A DNA stretch of 64,000 bases from positions 6,729 through 70,728 of the forward strand of contig CAMNLW010000002.1 of the NCBI GenBank assembly GCA_946544115.1, given 5' to 3'. Both the position numbers and the translations under genes were made by a program. A model generated the notes under the pieces. That model saw nothing but the letters and a program-made list of their open reading frames with translations, was not told where the DNA came from and made no database searches. This stretch comes from an uncultured Verrucomicrobiota bacterium. GTDB lineage: Bacteria; Verrucomicrobiota; Kiritimatiellia; RFP12; UBA1067. Shown one piece after another: positions 27,561 through 37,315 of this stretch (positions are counted from its first letter, which is position 1; the number at the start of each line of letters is the position of its first letter).

Positions 27561-28574
27561 ATGCTTAGAACGGTTTTCATCTATGTGGCCCTGATGGCTG
27601 TGCTTGCCGGATGCCGGCGGCAGAGCGATCGGCATGTCGTGCTTTCCGTCAACGGCCACGATCTCACGGAGGAGATGATTTCAAGCCGTGCCAATCTCAT
27701 GGTTGCGCTTCGGCATCATCGAAATCCGAAGTTCTCCGATGATGATGCGTTGAAGCTGAGGGAGACATTCAGGCGGGGATATGGAAACGTGTTCATAAGG
27801 GACGCTGTTTTAGCCGATTTCGCAAAGTCGCGCGGAATATCGATTCCCGACAGGATTCTTGCAGAATGCCGCGCCAAGGCGTTCGCCGCCCAGCGAAACC
27901 GCGGCGACAAGAACTTTGAAGATATGGTTGTGCGCGCAGGTGTCGACAGGCGGGAATTTGACGCCCAGATACGCACCGAGGCTCTTGTGGTTGCAGTCAA
28001 GGAGCATCTCGCGCAGAGCAACCCGACGAATTTCACGACCGCCTACGCTGATGACCTTATAAAGAGGATGAAGGCGTTCAACGCCGATATGGTCAAAACC
28101 AACGCGCTGGTTTATGCGCGAGCGACAAATGTGTGGATGCGTCTTAACGCAGGTGCCGATTTCGCGCAGACGGCGAAGGAGTTTACCGAGGTTCCCGAAG
28201 AAAAAGACGATTGCGAGTGGGGCATTCTAGACGATTCGTTTCTGCGCGACAGCCCTCGGCTTCTGGAGGCCGTCAAGAAGTTGCGCGTAGGCGAATTCAC
28301 GCCGCCGGTCGAAGGGGACAACGCCTTGTTGATCGTGCGGTTGGACGGTCTTTCAAATGATGGCGCGTATGAGCTTTCGCGCATAGTGTTTCTGCTTCCG
28401 ATGATGCTCGACATAGCCTCCAGAGAGGAGATCATCGAGACGGCCTATAAAGAGCATTACGACAGCCTTTACAAGACGACTCTAAAGGATTTAATCGATT
28501 CTGCCGACATTGTTCGGATGAACCAAGATTCAGAGCAAACAAGCAAGGAGGACAAAAATGAAGCAAAAAGGTAG
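27561..28574 (+). CDS. Lipoprotein with SurA-N-like chaperone and parvulin/PpiC-like regions
   Basis: Lipobox LAGC at residues 16-19. VLSVNGHDLTEEMI resembles the SurA N-domain. EFTPPVEGDNALLIVRL resembles a parvulin core. GAGG lies 9 nt before the ATG at 27561. Overlaps the next gene by 17 nt. Confidence 0.45.
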   Translation: MLRTVFIYVALMAVLAGCRRQSDRHVVLSVNGHDLTEEMISSRANLMVALRHHRNPKFSDDDALKLRETFRRGYGNVFIRDAVLADFAKSRGISIPDRILAECRAKAFAAQRNRGDKNFEDMVVRAGVDRREFDAQIRTEALVVAVKEHLAQSNPTNFTTAYADDLIKRMKAFNADMVKTNALVYARATNVWMRLNAGADFAQTAKEFTEVPEEKDDCEWGILDDSFLRDSPRLLEAVKKLRVGEFTPPVEGDNALLIVRLDGLSNDGAYELSRIVFLLPMMLDIASREEIIETAYKEHYDSLYKTTLKDLIDSADIVRMNQDSEQTSKEDKNEAKR

Positions 28575-31500
28575 TTCACTGGCAGCCGTGAAGATCATAT
28601 GCGCAGCCGCGATCATGGCGATTGCGACCGCATCGGCCGAAACGGCGGATGGAGGGCTGGTTTACAGCACATCCACCGATTACAAGGTCGGTGAGTGGAA
28701 TTCTCATTTTGTGGCGATAAAAGAGCTGGCCGACGCGGAGCGAATCCCATTGGTCGTTTTCTGGGCGAACCCCGGTTGCCCCAAGTGCAAAACGCTTGAA
28801 GCGGCGCTTAACACCGATACGGCCAGGGCTTGGCAGAAGAACAAAGGATACTATTTCGTATTTGCCTTGGACATTAAAACAACAGACGGAAGCAAGGCCA
28901 AGTCCTTCGCCAGACACGCGAGCGGCCATTTCCCGTATATAGCCGCATACTGGAACAACGGTGTCTCCAAAAAGCCGATCAAGACGACTTTTTCGGGGCG
29001 CAACGGTGAAATGCCCGTGAAGAGCGGCTCCTTGGCAGAGCAGTTCATGGCCTCCATAGATAGGTATATAGGCAACTATGTCAAGCCCGTCAATTATGTC
29101 GGCGGCAAGGTTTCGCTTGAAGAGACCGACGGCAACCGCCTGGAGGCCGAGGAGGGCACGAGCGAGATTTCCTTCGAGATGGTTCGCGACGAGACCGCCG
29201 CCGAAGTCGCCACGAACAACATTGTAAAGGTTATCGGGCCGGACGGCAAGACGGCGCAGACAGTGTCCGTCACGTGGACTGCCGGGCAGACAAAGCAGAC
29301 TGTTACGGTCGATATATCAAAAGTCTCCTTCTCCAAGGATGGCGAAAAGGCCCTCTTGGTTGCAGCCGATGCCAACGGCAGCGAGCAGGCGACCAACACT
29401 GTCACATATGTGGCCGGTTCCGGCGAAAGTTCGGCGAATCCTCTTTGGATCGGCGAGCGCTCAGCGCCCAAGACCACCGGAAAACTTCTCACGGCGACAA
29501 CGGCTCCCGCTCTTCAGTTCGGCGAGTGGACTATGGATCTAGATACGGCCAAGGCGACAGCGGCGGCGGCCGAAGGCGACGCATACACGCTCGTCTCAGT
29601 TGAAGGTTCACTCTGGTGCCATGATTGCGCCAATACCGAGCGCAACTTCCTGTCCGTCACCGACAAGGACGGCAATAACAGGTTCAACAAGTGGGCCGCC
29701 GACAACAATGTGGCGCTTGTCGCCATTGATGTGCCGAATTTCACAACGAACAGTTCCGAAAATATAACAAGACCTACGATTCTTTCGCGCAAGGCAATTA
29801 CGACCACTCTTGCTTATGAAATTCCCGCTTCCGGATTTTATGATGTATCGAAAGGCGGTGCGCCTCAGTCTCTTACACTGCCTATGGTCCGCAGCGGTCT
29901 CGGCTACCTTACGCGCAAGGGCGTTTCGGATGAAACCGCCGCCGCCGCCCTCGAGCGCAACCGCCAGCTCGTGACGACCGACTTCTCTGAGGGAGGCTTC
30001 CACAGTGCGGCGGATTCGTCGCCTTACAGGACCGGTGTGCCGATTTTCGTCGTTCTCGACAAGAAGGGCAATGTTGCGGCCCGCCTTACGCGTTTCGCCT
30101 CAGTGAGCCCGATGGCGTCTGCCAAGGACGACTGGGACAACATCATCAAGCGCTTCGACGAGCTTCTTGCAATCGCCCGCGGCGACCACAACGACGGCGG
30201 CGTTCTCGAAAACGACTTCCCGTCCGCCAAGATCGCCGGCTTCAAGGCGAACGGCGGCAGTGCGAGCGGCGAGATAAGCCACGTGGATTATCGCGACATT
30301 TTTGCGCTTCAGGATTTCACCGGCAATGCGCTGCTCAAGACTACTGTCTCCGGCGAGAGCGCCGCAGAAGTGACGGTTTCGTATATCAAACTCGGCGCGG
30401 ACGGCAAGGAGCAGGTCGTCGGCGAGCCTGCGACGGGCAAACTGTCCGACGGCATCGAGCTGGAATACACGTTCACGGTTGCGGGCGAGTATTTCGTCAA
30501 AGTGTCCGGCGATCTGGCCGGCGACGATTTTGGCATTGCGAACGAGACGGCCGGCAATTTCCACTCCTACGCGGTTTCCAGCACGGTGGTCTACGTACCG
30601 CAGGAGGAAAAGGCCAGCGGCAATCCGGCGGCAGGTTCCGACCAGGTGACGATGCGCCTTGAAAAGGGTCAGATGTACAGGATCGAAGGACTCAACACAT
30701 CGAAGGTCACCGATATTCTTGAGCCGACCGACTCCGAAGATCCTTACTGCATCTTCTACACGGCGCTTGTCGACGGCGACAAGTCGCTTACGACGCAGAA
30801 GAAGGATGTCACGGTTTCTTACCAGAAGTGGACGCCGGGAACCGTGGGCTTCACCGCCGCCAACAAGTCTGTGACCGAGAGCGCGGGCGAGGTCAAGGTT
30901 TCCCTCTCGCGCACAGGTGGCGCGTCGGGCGACATAACGGTCAAAGTCGCTCTTGATGAAGAGGCGACCACTTTGTATGACAGCGACGGCAAGGCCCGCT
31001 TTGAATTCAAAGATGCCGAACTCATATTGAAGGAAGGCTGGCTCGGCGAAACGAACGTCACGGTGGCGGTCTTGGACGATGCACGTTTTGACGGCAGCGG
31101 CGATGTCGCGCTGAGCCTGGAAGTGGTCAAGGACGAGAACGGCGACACGGTTCTTGCAACGACAAACTTTGTGCTCGCGGTGAGGGAGGACGACAAGCAG
31201 GCCGCAGGAAAGGCAGCCTTTGTCGGCGCGGATCCGTTCTTCTCGCGCAGGGCGACGGTCTATGCGCGTGAGAGCGATGGCGCCACTGTTTACGCGAAGC
31301 GGGTGGAGGCGTCCGACGGGTATGTCACCGTCAAGGTCGCCGCGACGAACGGCGCGAAGACCGAGATCGGCGGCGTCGAGACCAATCTGCTCGTGTGGGC
31401 CAACCACAAGTTCGATGAGCAGGCGGTAAAGGTTTCCGGCATCGCGGCGGGCAGGTCGGCCAGGCTCACGCTCACCAGTCCTACGGACGGGCTGAGGATT

Positions 31501-33105
31501 CTTTCGGCGTCCAACTATGTGACCGTTGTTTCCGTGGCGGACGACGCGCCCGCGTTCTCGACGACCGAGAAAGCCGAGAAGATCTATCGTTATGTCGCGG
31601 TCAGCAATGTCTATCCCGTGGTTCTCGCCGAGAGCGTGGACGCCTCCGCCGCGAAGCTTACTTTCACAAAGCTTTCCGGCACGCTCCCCGCCGGTCTCAC
31701 CGCGAAGTACGACGCCGATTCCTGCGCCCTTGCCGTGATCGGCACGCCGACAGCCAAGGCGGGCGTGTACACAATGGTCTACCAGGTGACGCAGAGGGTC
31801 GGGACGAAGACCACGCCCGGTCTTACGATAGAGTTGACCTACACCATCCAGGATCCGACTGTTGCGGGCGGCGACGAAGCCGACTACAACGAGGCTGTCG
31901 CGGCGGGCCGGTCGCGTACCATCAAGGACATTCCTGTGATCGACGCCGAAGCGAAGCGTCTCGCGGGCGTTCTGCAGGTTACGATACCGCAGAACGGCAG
32001 GGCGAGCGCGAAGTTCACGTGCGCCGACGGTGCGGTTTCGTTCAGCGCCAAGGGGTGGTCGGCGTTCGGCGAGAGCGGCGAAAAGGCGCTTTCGGCCAAG
32101 CTTGCTTCGACGAAGAAGGGCTACTCCATGACGCTCGTCGCCAGCAACGACGGCTCCGTCACGGCGGAGATCGATACGCCCGATACGGAAGAAACCCCGC
32201 TCGTTGCTTCGAGCGACGGCAAAGTCTGGAGCGCCTCCAATGCTGCGGAGCCGTGGAAGGGCGTGTATACCGTCGCGCTGAAGGTCGAGAGCGTTGAAGA
32301 GACGCGCGAACAGATTGCGCCTCGCGGATATGGATATCTCACGCTCAAGCTTGAAGGAACCGGAGCGTTGCGCGACGGACGCGTGACTTGGAGCGGAATT
32401 CTGCCGAACGGCATGTCGGTTTCCGGCAGCACAATACTGTCCGGCAACGAAAACGACGACTGGGCGACGCTCCCGATATACAAAAAGTCTTCGCTGGACG
32501 AGATTGCCCTTGTTGCCAGGATGTATCCCGGGCTTGCAACGCGTTCCGTCATCGAGGATGACTCGGCCGACGCTGTCTGGCGTCATGCCGAGCGTATCGA
32601 AAGCGCAAACGTGGAATGGACCGCCGAACTTGGCGTCTACGGCAGCATCTTCGACAAGACGGCCAATCTCCTTGACTGCTGCGAGGAATACCAGAAGTCC
32701 ACGTTCGATCTGGTGTTCGACACCTCGATGATAGGAGAGACGTATCGCGGCGCCGTGCAAAAGGCGGGCGTCGCACAGCTGGTCGTTTCCGACACCAGGC
32801 TCAGTCTTGAAAACCGCCCGGCGGGAATGTCGTCCATTTCGTTCAACAAGTCGCTTGGAACGGTCTCCGGCAGTCTGCGCCTGCCGTGTGAAGATGGTTA
32901 CATCTCGGCCGTCTACAAGGGCGTTCTGTTGACTGGCTGGGGCGAGGGATGCGGTTGCAGCGACGAAGATGAAGAGTTCGGTCTTCCGTTCGTCATCGGA
33001 GCGTTTTACTTCACCGACAGAATCGGCTATGAAGCAAAGTCTGGCAGTCGCGTCGTAGAGCGGCAGCTTTCGGTGAAGCGCGGAGGTTCGGTTTTTACAG
33101 AGTAA
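28558..33105 (+). CDS. Giant secreted protein A (1515 aa): two thioredoxin-like CxxC domains, PPC-like, Calx-beta and putative Ig-like domains, plus a family-specific C-terminal domain
   Basis: Signal peptide. LVVFWANPGCPKCKTL and SLWCHDCANTE...PIFVVLDKKGNVAARLTRF are Trx-like. The Calx-beta signature is VTESAGEVKVSLSRTGGASGDITVKV. The putative Ig-like segment is LPAGLTAKYDADSCALAVIGTPT. The C-terminal about 360 aa (GVYTVALKV...GYGYLTLKLEG...CGCSDEDEE...FYFTD) are shared with the other four giants. Confidence 0.6.
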   Translation: MKQKGSSLAAVKIICAAAIMAIATASAETADGGLVYSTSTDYKVGEWNSHFVAIKELADAERIPLVVFWANPGCPKCKTLEAALNTDTARAWQKNKGYYFVFALDIKTTDGSKAKSFARHASGHFPYIAAYWNNGVSKKPIKTTFSGRNGEMPVKSGSLAEQFMASIDRYIGNYVKPVNYVGGKVSLEETDGNRLEAEEGTSEISFEMVRDETAAEVATNNIVKVIGPDGKTAQTVSVTWTAGQTKQTVTVDISKVSFSKDGEKALLVAADANGSEQATNTVTYVAGSGESSANPLWIGERSAPKTTGKLLTATTAPALQFGEWTMDLDTAKATAAAAEGDAYTLVSVEGSLWCHDCANTERNFLSVTDKDGNNRFNKWAADNNVALVAIDVPNFTTNSSENITRPTILSRKAITTTLAYEIPASGFYDVSKGGAPQSLTLPMVRSGLGYLTRKGVSDETAAAALERNRQLVTTDFSEGGFHSAADSSPYRTGVPIFVVLDKKGNVAARLTRFASVSPMASAKDDWDNIIKRFDELLAIARGDHNDGGVLENDFPSAKIAGFKANGGSASGEISHVDYRDIFALQDFTGNALLKTTVSGESAAEVTVSYIKLGADGKEQVVGEPATGKLSDGIELEYTFTVAGEYFVKVSGDLAGDDFGIANETAGNFHSYAVSSTVVYVPQEEKASGNPAAGSDQVTMRLEKGQMYRIEGLNTSKVTDILEPTDSEDPYCIFYTALVDGDKSLTTQKKDVTVSYQKWTPGTVGFTAANKSVTESAGEVKVSLSRTGGASGDITVKVALDEEATTLYDSDGKARFEFKDAELILKEGWLGETNVTVAVLDDARFDGSGDVALSLEVVKDENGDTVLATTNFVLAVREDDKQAAGKAAFVGADPFFSRRATVYARESDGATVYAKRVEASDGYVTVKVAATNGAKTEIGGVETNLLVWANHKFDEQAVKVSGIAAGRSARLTLTSPTDGLRILSASNYVTVVSVADDAPAFSTTEKAEKIYRYVAVSNVYPVVLAESVDASAAKLTFTKLSGTLPAGLTAKYDADSCALAVIGTPTAKAGVYTMVYQVTQRVGTKTTPGLTIELTYTIQDPTVAGGDEADYNEAVAAGRSRTIKDIPVIDAEAKRLAGVLQVTIPQNGRASAKFTCADGAVSFSAKGWSAFGESGEKALSAKLASTKKGYSMTLVASNDGSVTAEIDTPDTEETPLVASSDGKVWSASNAAEPWKGVYTVALKVESVEETREQIAPRGYGYLTLKLEGTGALRDGRVTWSGILPNGMSVSGSTILSGNENDDWATLPIYKKSSLDEIALVARMYPGLATRSVIEDDSADAVWRHAERIESANVEWTAELGVYGSIFDKTANLLDCCEEYQKSTFDLVFDTSMIGETYRGAVQKAGVAQLVVSDTRLSLENRPAGMSSISFNKSLGTVSGSLRLPCEDGYISAVYKGVLLTGWGEGCGCSDEDEEFGLPFVIGAFYFTDRIGYEAKSGSRVVERQLSVKRGGSVFTE

Positions 33106-33130
33106 TGCAAGTATTTCAGAGGGGGGATTT

Positions 33131-36100
33131 ATGAGCATAAAACACGTGGTTCTGGGTTTGGTCGCCGCGCTTGCGCCTGCATTGTTCGCTGCCTCGCCTT
33201 CGGCGGGCAGCTGTGAGTCCAGTGCGGTGACCGCCAAGGTTTCTCAAACGGTTCGTCTCGTAAGGGAGTGGAATCCTGATTCCGACAAATACGAAGACTC
33301 CGGGGTGTACTATTTCAAGGCTGTCCTGCGGCGCAGCAACGCCTACACGATTTGGACCGACTCATTCGGGACAAACGAGGTGGAGCTTGCGACACATGCG
33401 GCAGACCCCGTCAAGGACGACGACTTCGGCCCGTCGGCCGATTTCAACGATGTGGACGAAGGCGACAGCGCAATACGCATGGTCATGTATGTCGACGACT
33501 GGTACATAGACAAAGAAGATCCGTCCGAAAGCGATCCGTCGAGCTGGACTTACTATTTCGTCCTTACCGGCGCGGTCGGTACGGAAGTCACTCTGCACTT
33601 CTCGACTGGCGTTTTGATTCCTGCGGGCCGTGAAGACAGTCCTCTGCTCATAACGCCGTCCGGGAACGCGGCAACCGTCAGTCGCAATCTCGAGATTGGG
33701 GGGATGTACTATTTCAGGGCGCGTCTCACCGGGGGGCGGCTCTACGCATTCGGGACGGTCGGCGGCTCCGAAGACGAATCCTTGATATTGAACTTCTATC
33801 CCGAGGACAATTCCAATACGGTGTCCAATACGGTGACAGTATACGACGATGTGTCGTATGCCGGCGACGATTACAATTCCGGACATTTTATCGTTCCTTC
33901 CGCAACAGGCTACTACCAGATAGTCGTCGACGGTTCGGGTGAAAACGAAAGAGCCGCGTTTGGCCTTGTACACCAGCTCATACCGTCGCGCGCCATAGGG
34001 AGCCACGACGTTTCCGGGCTGGAGGTGGGTTCACCGGTCGAATTCAATGCTGGCTACAAGAGCAATACGATAAAGCATAGAGCCTACGACGAAATAATCG
34101 ACGAATGTCTGTTCAAGGTGGTTGCTGCGAAGAATGACAGGTTTGCTGTCTACACCGCCGGGGCGCAGACAAACCTTTTGATGCGCGTCTACGACAGGAA
34201 TGGAAAAATACTCGCCGAGAACACGTCCGACGGGTATGGCATGGATGTCCGATGCGCGTTCGAGGCGACTGCCGCCGGCAACTACTACATCGGCGTCTGC
34301 CAGAACATCGACGACGAGTTCACGACCGCGCCCGCCTACACTGCGGCGACGCTTCATCTTGCGAACGCTTCGGCGGTCGAGGGCTCGCCCGACGAGTGGG
34401 ATCCCGCCGACGACTCGCCCGACACGGCGACCGGTCTCGCGGCAGTGCCGGGGACTGCGGCGGACGATCCCTCCAAGGTCGATGTCGAGGGGCACGGATG
34501 GCACGCTCTCGGAATGACCGACTGGGCCGATACTTTCGTGATCGCCGCGCGCAGGGGCGTGACATACCGCTTCTCCACCACGGTTGAAGACGAATCCGCC
34601 GTGCGCAACAGGCTGAGCGCCGAAGTATTCACGCTTTCAGGAAAAACCGAGCGCACGTTTTCCGCCGTTTCCGGCGACATCAATCCTGGCGCGGCCGTTC
34701 CTCTCACGTTTACGGCTGCCGCAAACGCCGCTTATTATATAAGGATATCGGTTGAGGGCGGCAGCGGACTAGACTACCCGAACTACAAGGTACACTCCAT
34801 GGCCTACACGACGAGCGGCGCACAGCTCGGCATACTTACGGTGAACACTCCGGGAGCGCCTTCGGCGACATGGTCGCTCGGCTCAGAGTCGGTGAAGTAT
34901 CCCAGCGGCTCTTCGGTTCTCGTGAGCGGCACGCAGACCGTCAAGCTCTCCACGGTGAGCGGCTACAAGGCGGCGGTGTCGTCCACGACCGTCACCGTGA
35001 ACCCGGGCGCGAAGCCGACGGTCGTCGAAGTCAAGTACTCCGACACCTTCGACCCCAGGGACGACGCCCCATCCGGCAGGACGGGGAGGGTTTCCCACTC
35101 CGCCACAGCGCTCACCTTCAAGAACGTCGAAACCGAATACGCCAGGCGCACGCTCTGGGACGACGACCCCGAGGACAACTTCGCGATCACCGGCGCCGAC
35201 GGCTACTATTACGACATCTCTCTCAAGAATGTCGAAGGCGACGATGTGACGTTCTCCATAACCAACGCCGAGAATGGCGTCGTGGCCGAGAATGTGAAGG
35301 CCGTGAGCCAGCTCACGATGCCGAAGACGAAGTCCAAATACTTCCTCGCCGTGAAGAACGGCGACAAGGCGACTGCTTACGGCGGCTACTCGCTTTTCGG
35401 GAAGTTCGCGAACGTCGGCGCGATCAAGTTCGCGAGAACCGCGGTCTCCGCGAGGGAGAATGCGGCGTCCGTCGTGATCACCGTGAACCGCACGGCGAGG
35501 GACGGCGTGGTCCGCGTCAAGTACGGCACTGTGGCAGGCACCGCAAAGCCCGGCGAGGACTACATCGCCCAGAACGGCGTCCTTGAATGGGCCAACGGCG
35601 ACAACAAGGCGAAGACGATCACCGTCAAGCTCATCCCCGATCTCGTCCCCTTTTACGAAGGGAACAAGACGTTTACCGTGCAGCTCAAGGCGTTCGAGGA
35701 CGACGAGCGCGAGGCGTCGGAGTATCCCGCCTCCATCGTCGGCGGCGACACGTGCACGGTGACGCTCACCGAAACGTCGCGCGCGACGGACACCGTTGAA
35801 TCGGCCTACGCCAAGGTCGCCCCGAGGCTTGCGACCGTCAGAACCGAGACCGTCCCGCTCGAAACCGGCACTTTCTACGGCGTTCTCTCCGAGGACGGTT
35901 CGGCCCTCACGAACGGCCTGCCGCAGCTCGCCTCTGTGACGCTCACCGCCTCCGTCCCGACCTCGACGCGTCCGTCGCGGCTCTCCGCCAAGGTCGCCCT
36001 CGCCGGCAAGACCTACACGTTCACCGCGGAAGGCTGGAACGACGGCGAGACGGAAGGCACCCTTGAGCGCGAGCTTTCCCTCGTCCAGCGGCTCAACCGG

Positions 36101-37312
36101 CTCGACGAAGAAACCGGGCGCACGGTCTCCGTGACGGTCACGAACACGCTCGTGGTCACGGCGGCTTCCGGCGAGACCGCGGCGGACGGCGACTGGCTCA
36201 AGTCCGGCGGAACGGCGACGCTCGTCATGAATGTTCCGGACACGAACAACAAGGGCTATCAGGAGGAGATACGCTACACCGGCGCGATCTACCGCCAGAA
36301 CGCGAAGATACAGGACTACCTTACGGCCGTCACCAACTTCACCGGCTACTACACCGTCGCGCTCGCCGCTACGGGCGTTGACGCGCTGGAGGCACCCGCC
36401 GGGAACGGCTACATAACGCTCACCATCGACAACAAGGGCATGGTCAGGGCGGCGGGAATGCTCGCCGACGGGACTACGCGACCGTCGCTCTCCGTCGCGG
36501 CCTGCGCGATAATGGAAGATGAATCGTCCGCGAACGGCTACTCGATGTATGTGCCGCTCTTCTTCGCGAAATCGCCTGCTGTGTTCGGCGGCGAACTCAG
36601 GCTCTACGCCGGTGAATCGGGCGCGATCGTCGTCGATTCGTCCCGGCCGCTCGTCTGGAACAACGACAACGCCAGGCTCACCTACTACGGCGAAGAGGGC
36701 TACCGCCTTTCGCTCGACCCCGCAGGCGGCTGGTACGACAAGGTCGTCAACCTCCAGGCCTACTATCTCACGCGTGCGTTCGAGGTCGCCGCGCCCGACG
36801 CGTCGGAGTTCTTCTCCGAGGCGCTTACGGCCAACTCCGCGACGAAAGACTACCATTTCGTGGATGCGGTCCAGCCGGACGGCACGGCGGTCGATCTCGC
36901 GGGCGACGCGTTCTCGACGGCGAGGAAGACGCTCGTAAGAAGCGGCACGCTATACGACCTCGCGGCGAGCTCCAACCCGTGCAACGTGCAGGTAAAGCTG
37001 GCGCGCGCGACGGGCCTCGTCACCGGCACGTTCTCGCTCTGGAGCGAGAACGAGGACGGCTCGAAGCAGAAGGAGATCACCGGGCTCAAGCACTTCGGCG
37101 TCCTGGTGATGAACCGTGACGAGGCCGCCCCGCTCGACGGCGAGATTATCTGCGCGGGCTTCTGCACCCAGGCCATAAAGGTGAGCGACTACAACGAGAC
37201 GACTAGGCGCACAACGACGCGCAATATCACGGCCTCCATGCCGTTCAACCTCCTCGGCGTTGACCAGGGCGAGCAGGACTGGTGGGCCGACGACTGGGGC
37301 GAGCCCGAGTAA
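33131..37312 (+). CDS. Giant secreted protein B (1393 aa): at least 8 PPC-like domains, a Calx-beta domain and the family-specific C-terminal domain
   Basis: Signal peptide. Repeated beta-sandwich motifs (GVYYFKAVL, GMYYFRARL, TGYYQIVVDG, DTFVIAARRGVTYRFS, DNFAITGADGYYYDISL). Calx-beta (VVITVNRTARDGVVRVKYGTVAGTAKPGEDY). C-terminus ...WWADDWGEPE. Confidence 0.6.
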   Translation: MSIKHVVLGLVAALAPALFAASPSAGSCESSAVTAKVSQTVRLVREWNPDSDKYEDSGVYYFKAVLRRSNAYTIWTDSFGTNEVELATHAADPVKDDDFGPSADFNDVDEGDSAIRMVMYVDDWYIDKEDPSESDPSSWTYYFVLTGAVGTEVTLHFSTGVLIPAGREDSPLLITPSGNAATVSRNLEIGGMYYFRARLTGGRLYAFGTVGGSEDESLILNFYPEDNSNTVSNTVTVYDDVSYAGDDYNSGHFIVPSATGYYQIVVDGSGENERAAFGLVHQLIPSRAIGSHDVSGLEVGSPVEFNAGYKSNTIKHRAYDEIIDECLFKVVAAKNDRFAVYTAGAQTNLLMRVYDRNGKILAENTSDGYGMDVRCAFEATAAGNYYIGVCQNIDDEFTTAPAYTAATLHLANASAVEGSPDEWDPADDSPDTATGLAAVPGTAADDPSKVDVEGHGWHALGMTDWADTFVIAARRGVTYRFSTTVEDESAVRNRLSAEVFTLSGKTERTFSAVSGDINPGAAVPLTFTAAANAAYYIRISVEGGSGLDYPNYKVHSMAYTTSGAQLGILTVNTPGAPSATWSLGSESVKYPSGSSVLVSGTQTVKLSTVSGYKAAVSSTTVTVNPGAKPTVVEVKYSDTFDPRDDAPSGRTGRVSHSATALTFKNVETEYARRTLWDDDPEDNFAITGADGYYYDISLKNVEGDDVTFSITNAENGVVAENVKAVSQLTMPKTKSKYFLAVKNGDKATAYGGYSLFGKFANVGAIKFARTAVSARENAASVVITVNRTARDGVVRVKYGTVAGTAKPGEDYIAQNGVLEWANGDNKAKTITVKLIPDLVPFYEGNKTFTVQLKAFEDDEREASEYPASIVGGDTCTVTLTETSRATDTVESAYAKVAPRLATVRTETVPLETGTFYGVLSEDGSALTNGLPQLASVTLTASVPTSTRPSRLSAKVALAGKTYTFTAEGWNDGETEGTLERELSLVQRLNRLDEETGRTVSVTVTNTLVVTAASGETAADGDWLKSGGTATLVMNVPDTNNKGYQEEIRYTGAIYRQNAKIQDYLTAVTNFTGYYTVALAATGVDALEAPAGNGYITLTIDNKGMVRAAGMLADGTTRPSLSVAACAIMEDESSANGYSMYVPLFFAKSPAVFGGELRLYAGESGAIVVDSSRPLVWNNDNARLTYYGEEGYRLSLDPAGGWYDKVVNLQAYYLTRAFEVAAPDASEFFSEALTANSATKDYHFVDAVQPDGTAVDLAGDAFSTARKTLVRSGTLYDLAASSNPCNVQVKLARATGLVTGTFSLWSENEDGSKQKEITGLKHFGVLVMNRDEAAPLDGEIICAGFCTQAIKVSDYNETTRRTTTRNITASMPFNLLGVDQGEQDWWADDWGEPE

Positions 37313-37315
37313 CCG

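Noticed and set aside
30100-33237. Very long antisense ORFs, rejected together: 30100-33237 (1045 aa), 34883-36856, 55066-56439, 56500-57858, 25042-26007, 7855-9141, 449-1528, 5196-6215 and 26427-27479
   Set aside because: All are Arg/Gly/Pro/Ala-rich translations lying opposite or out of frame to well-supported genes. They are typical of high-GC DNA, with no start context, motifs or domain signatures.
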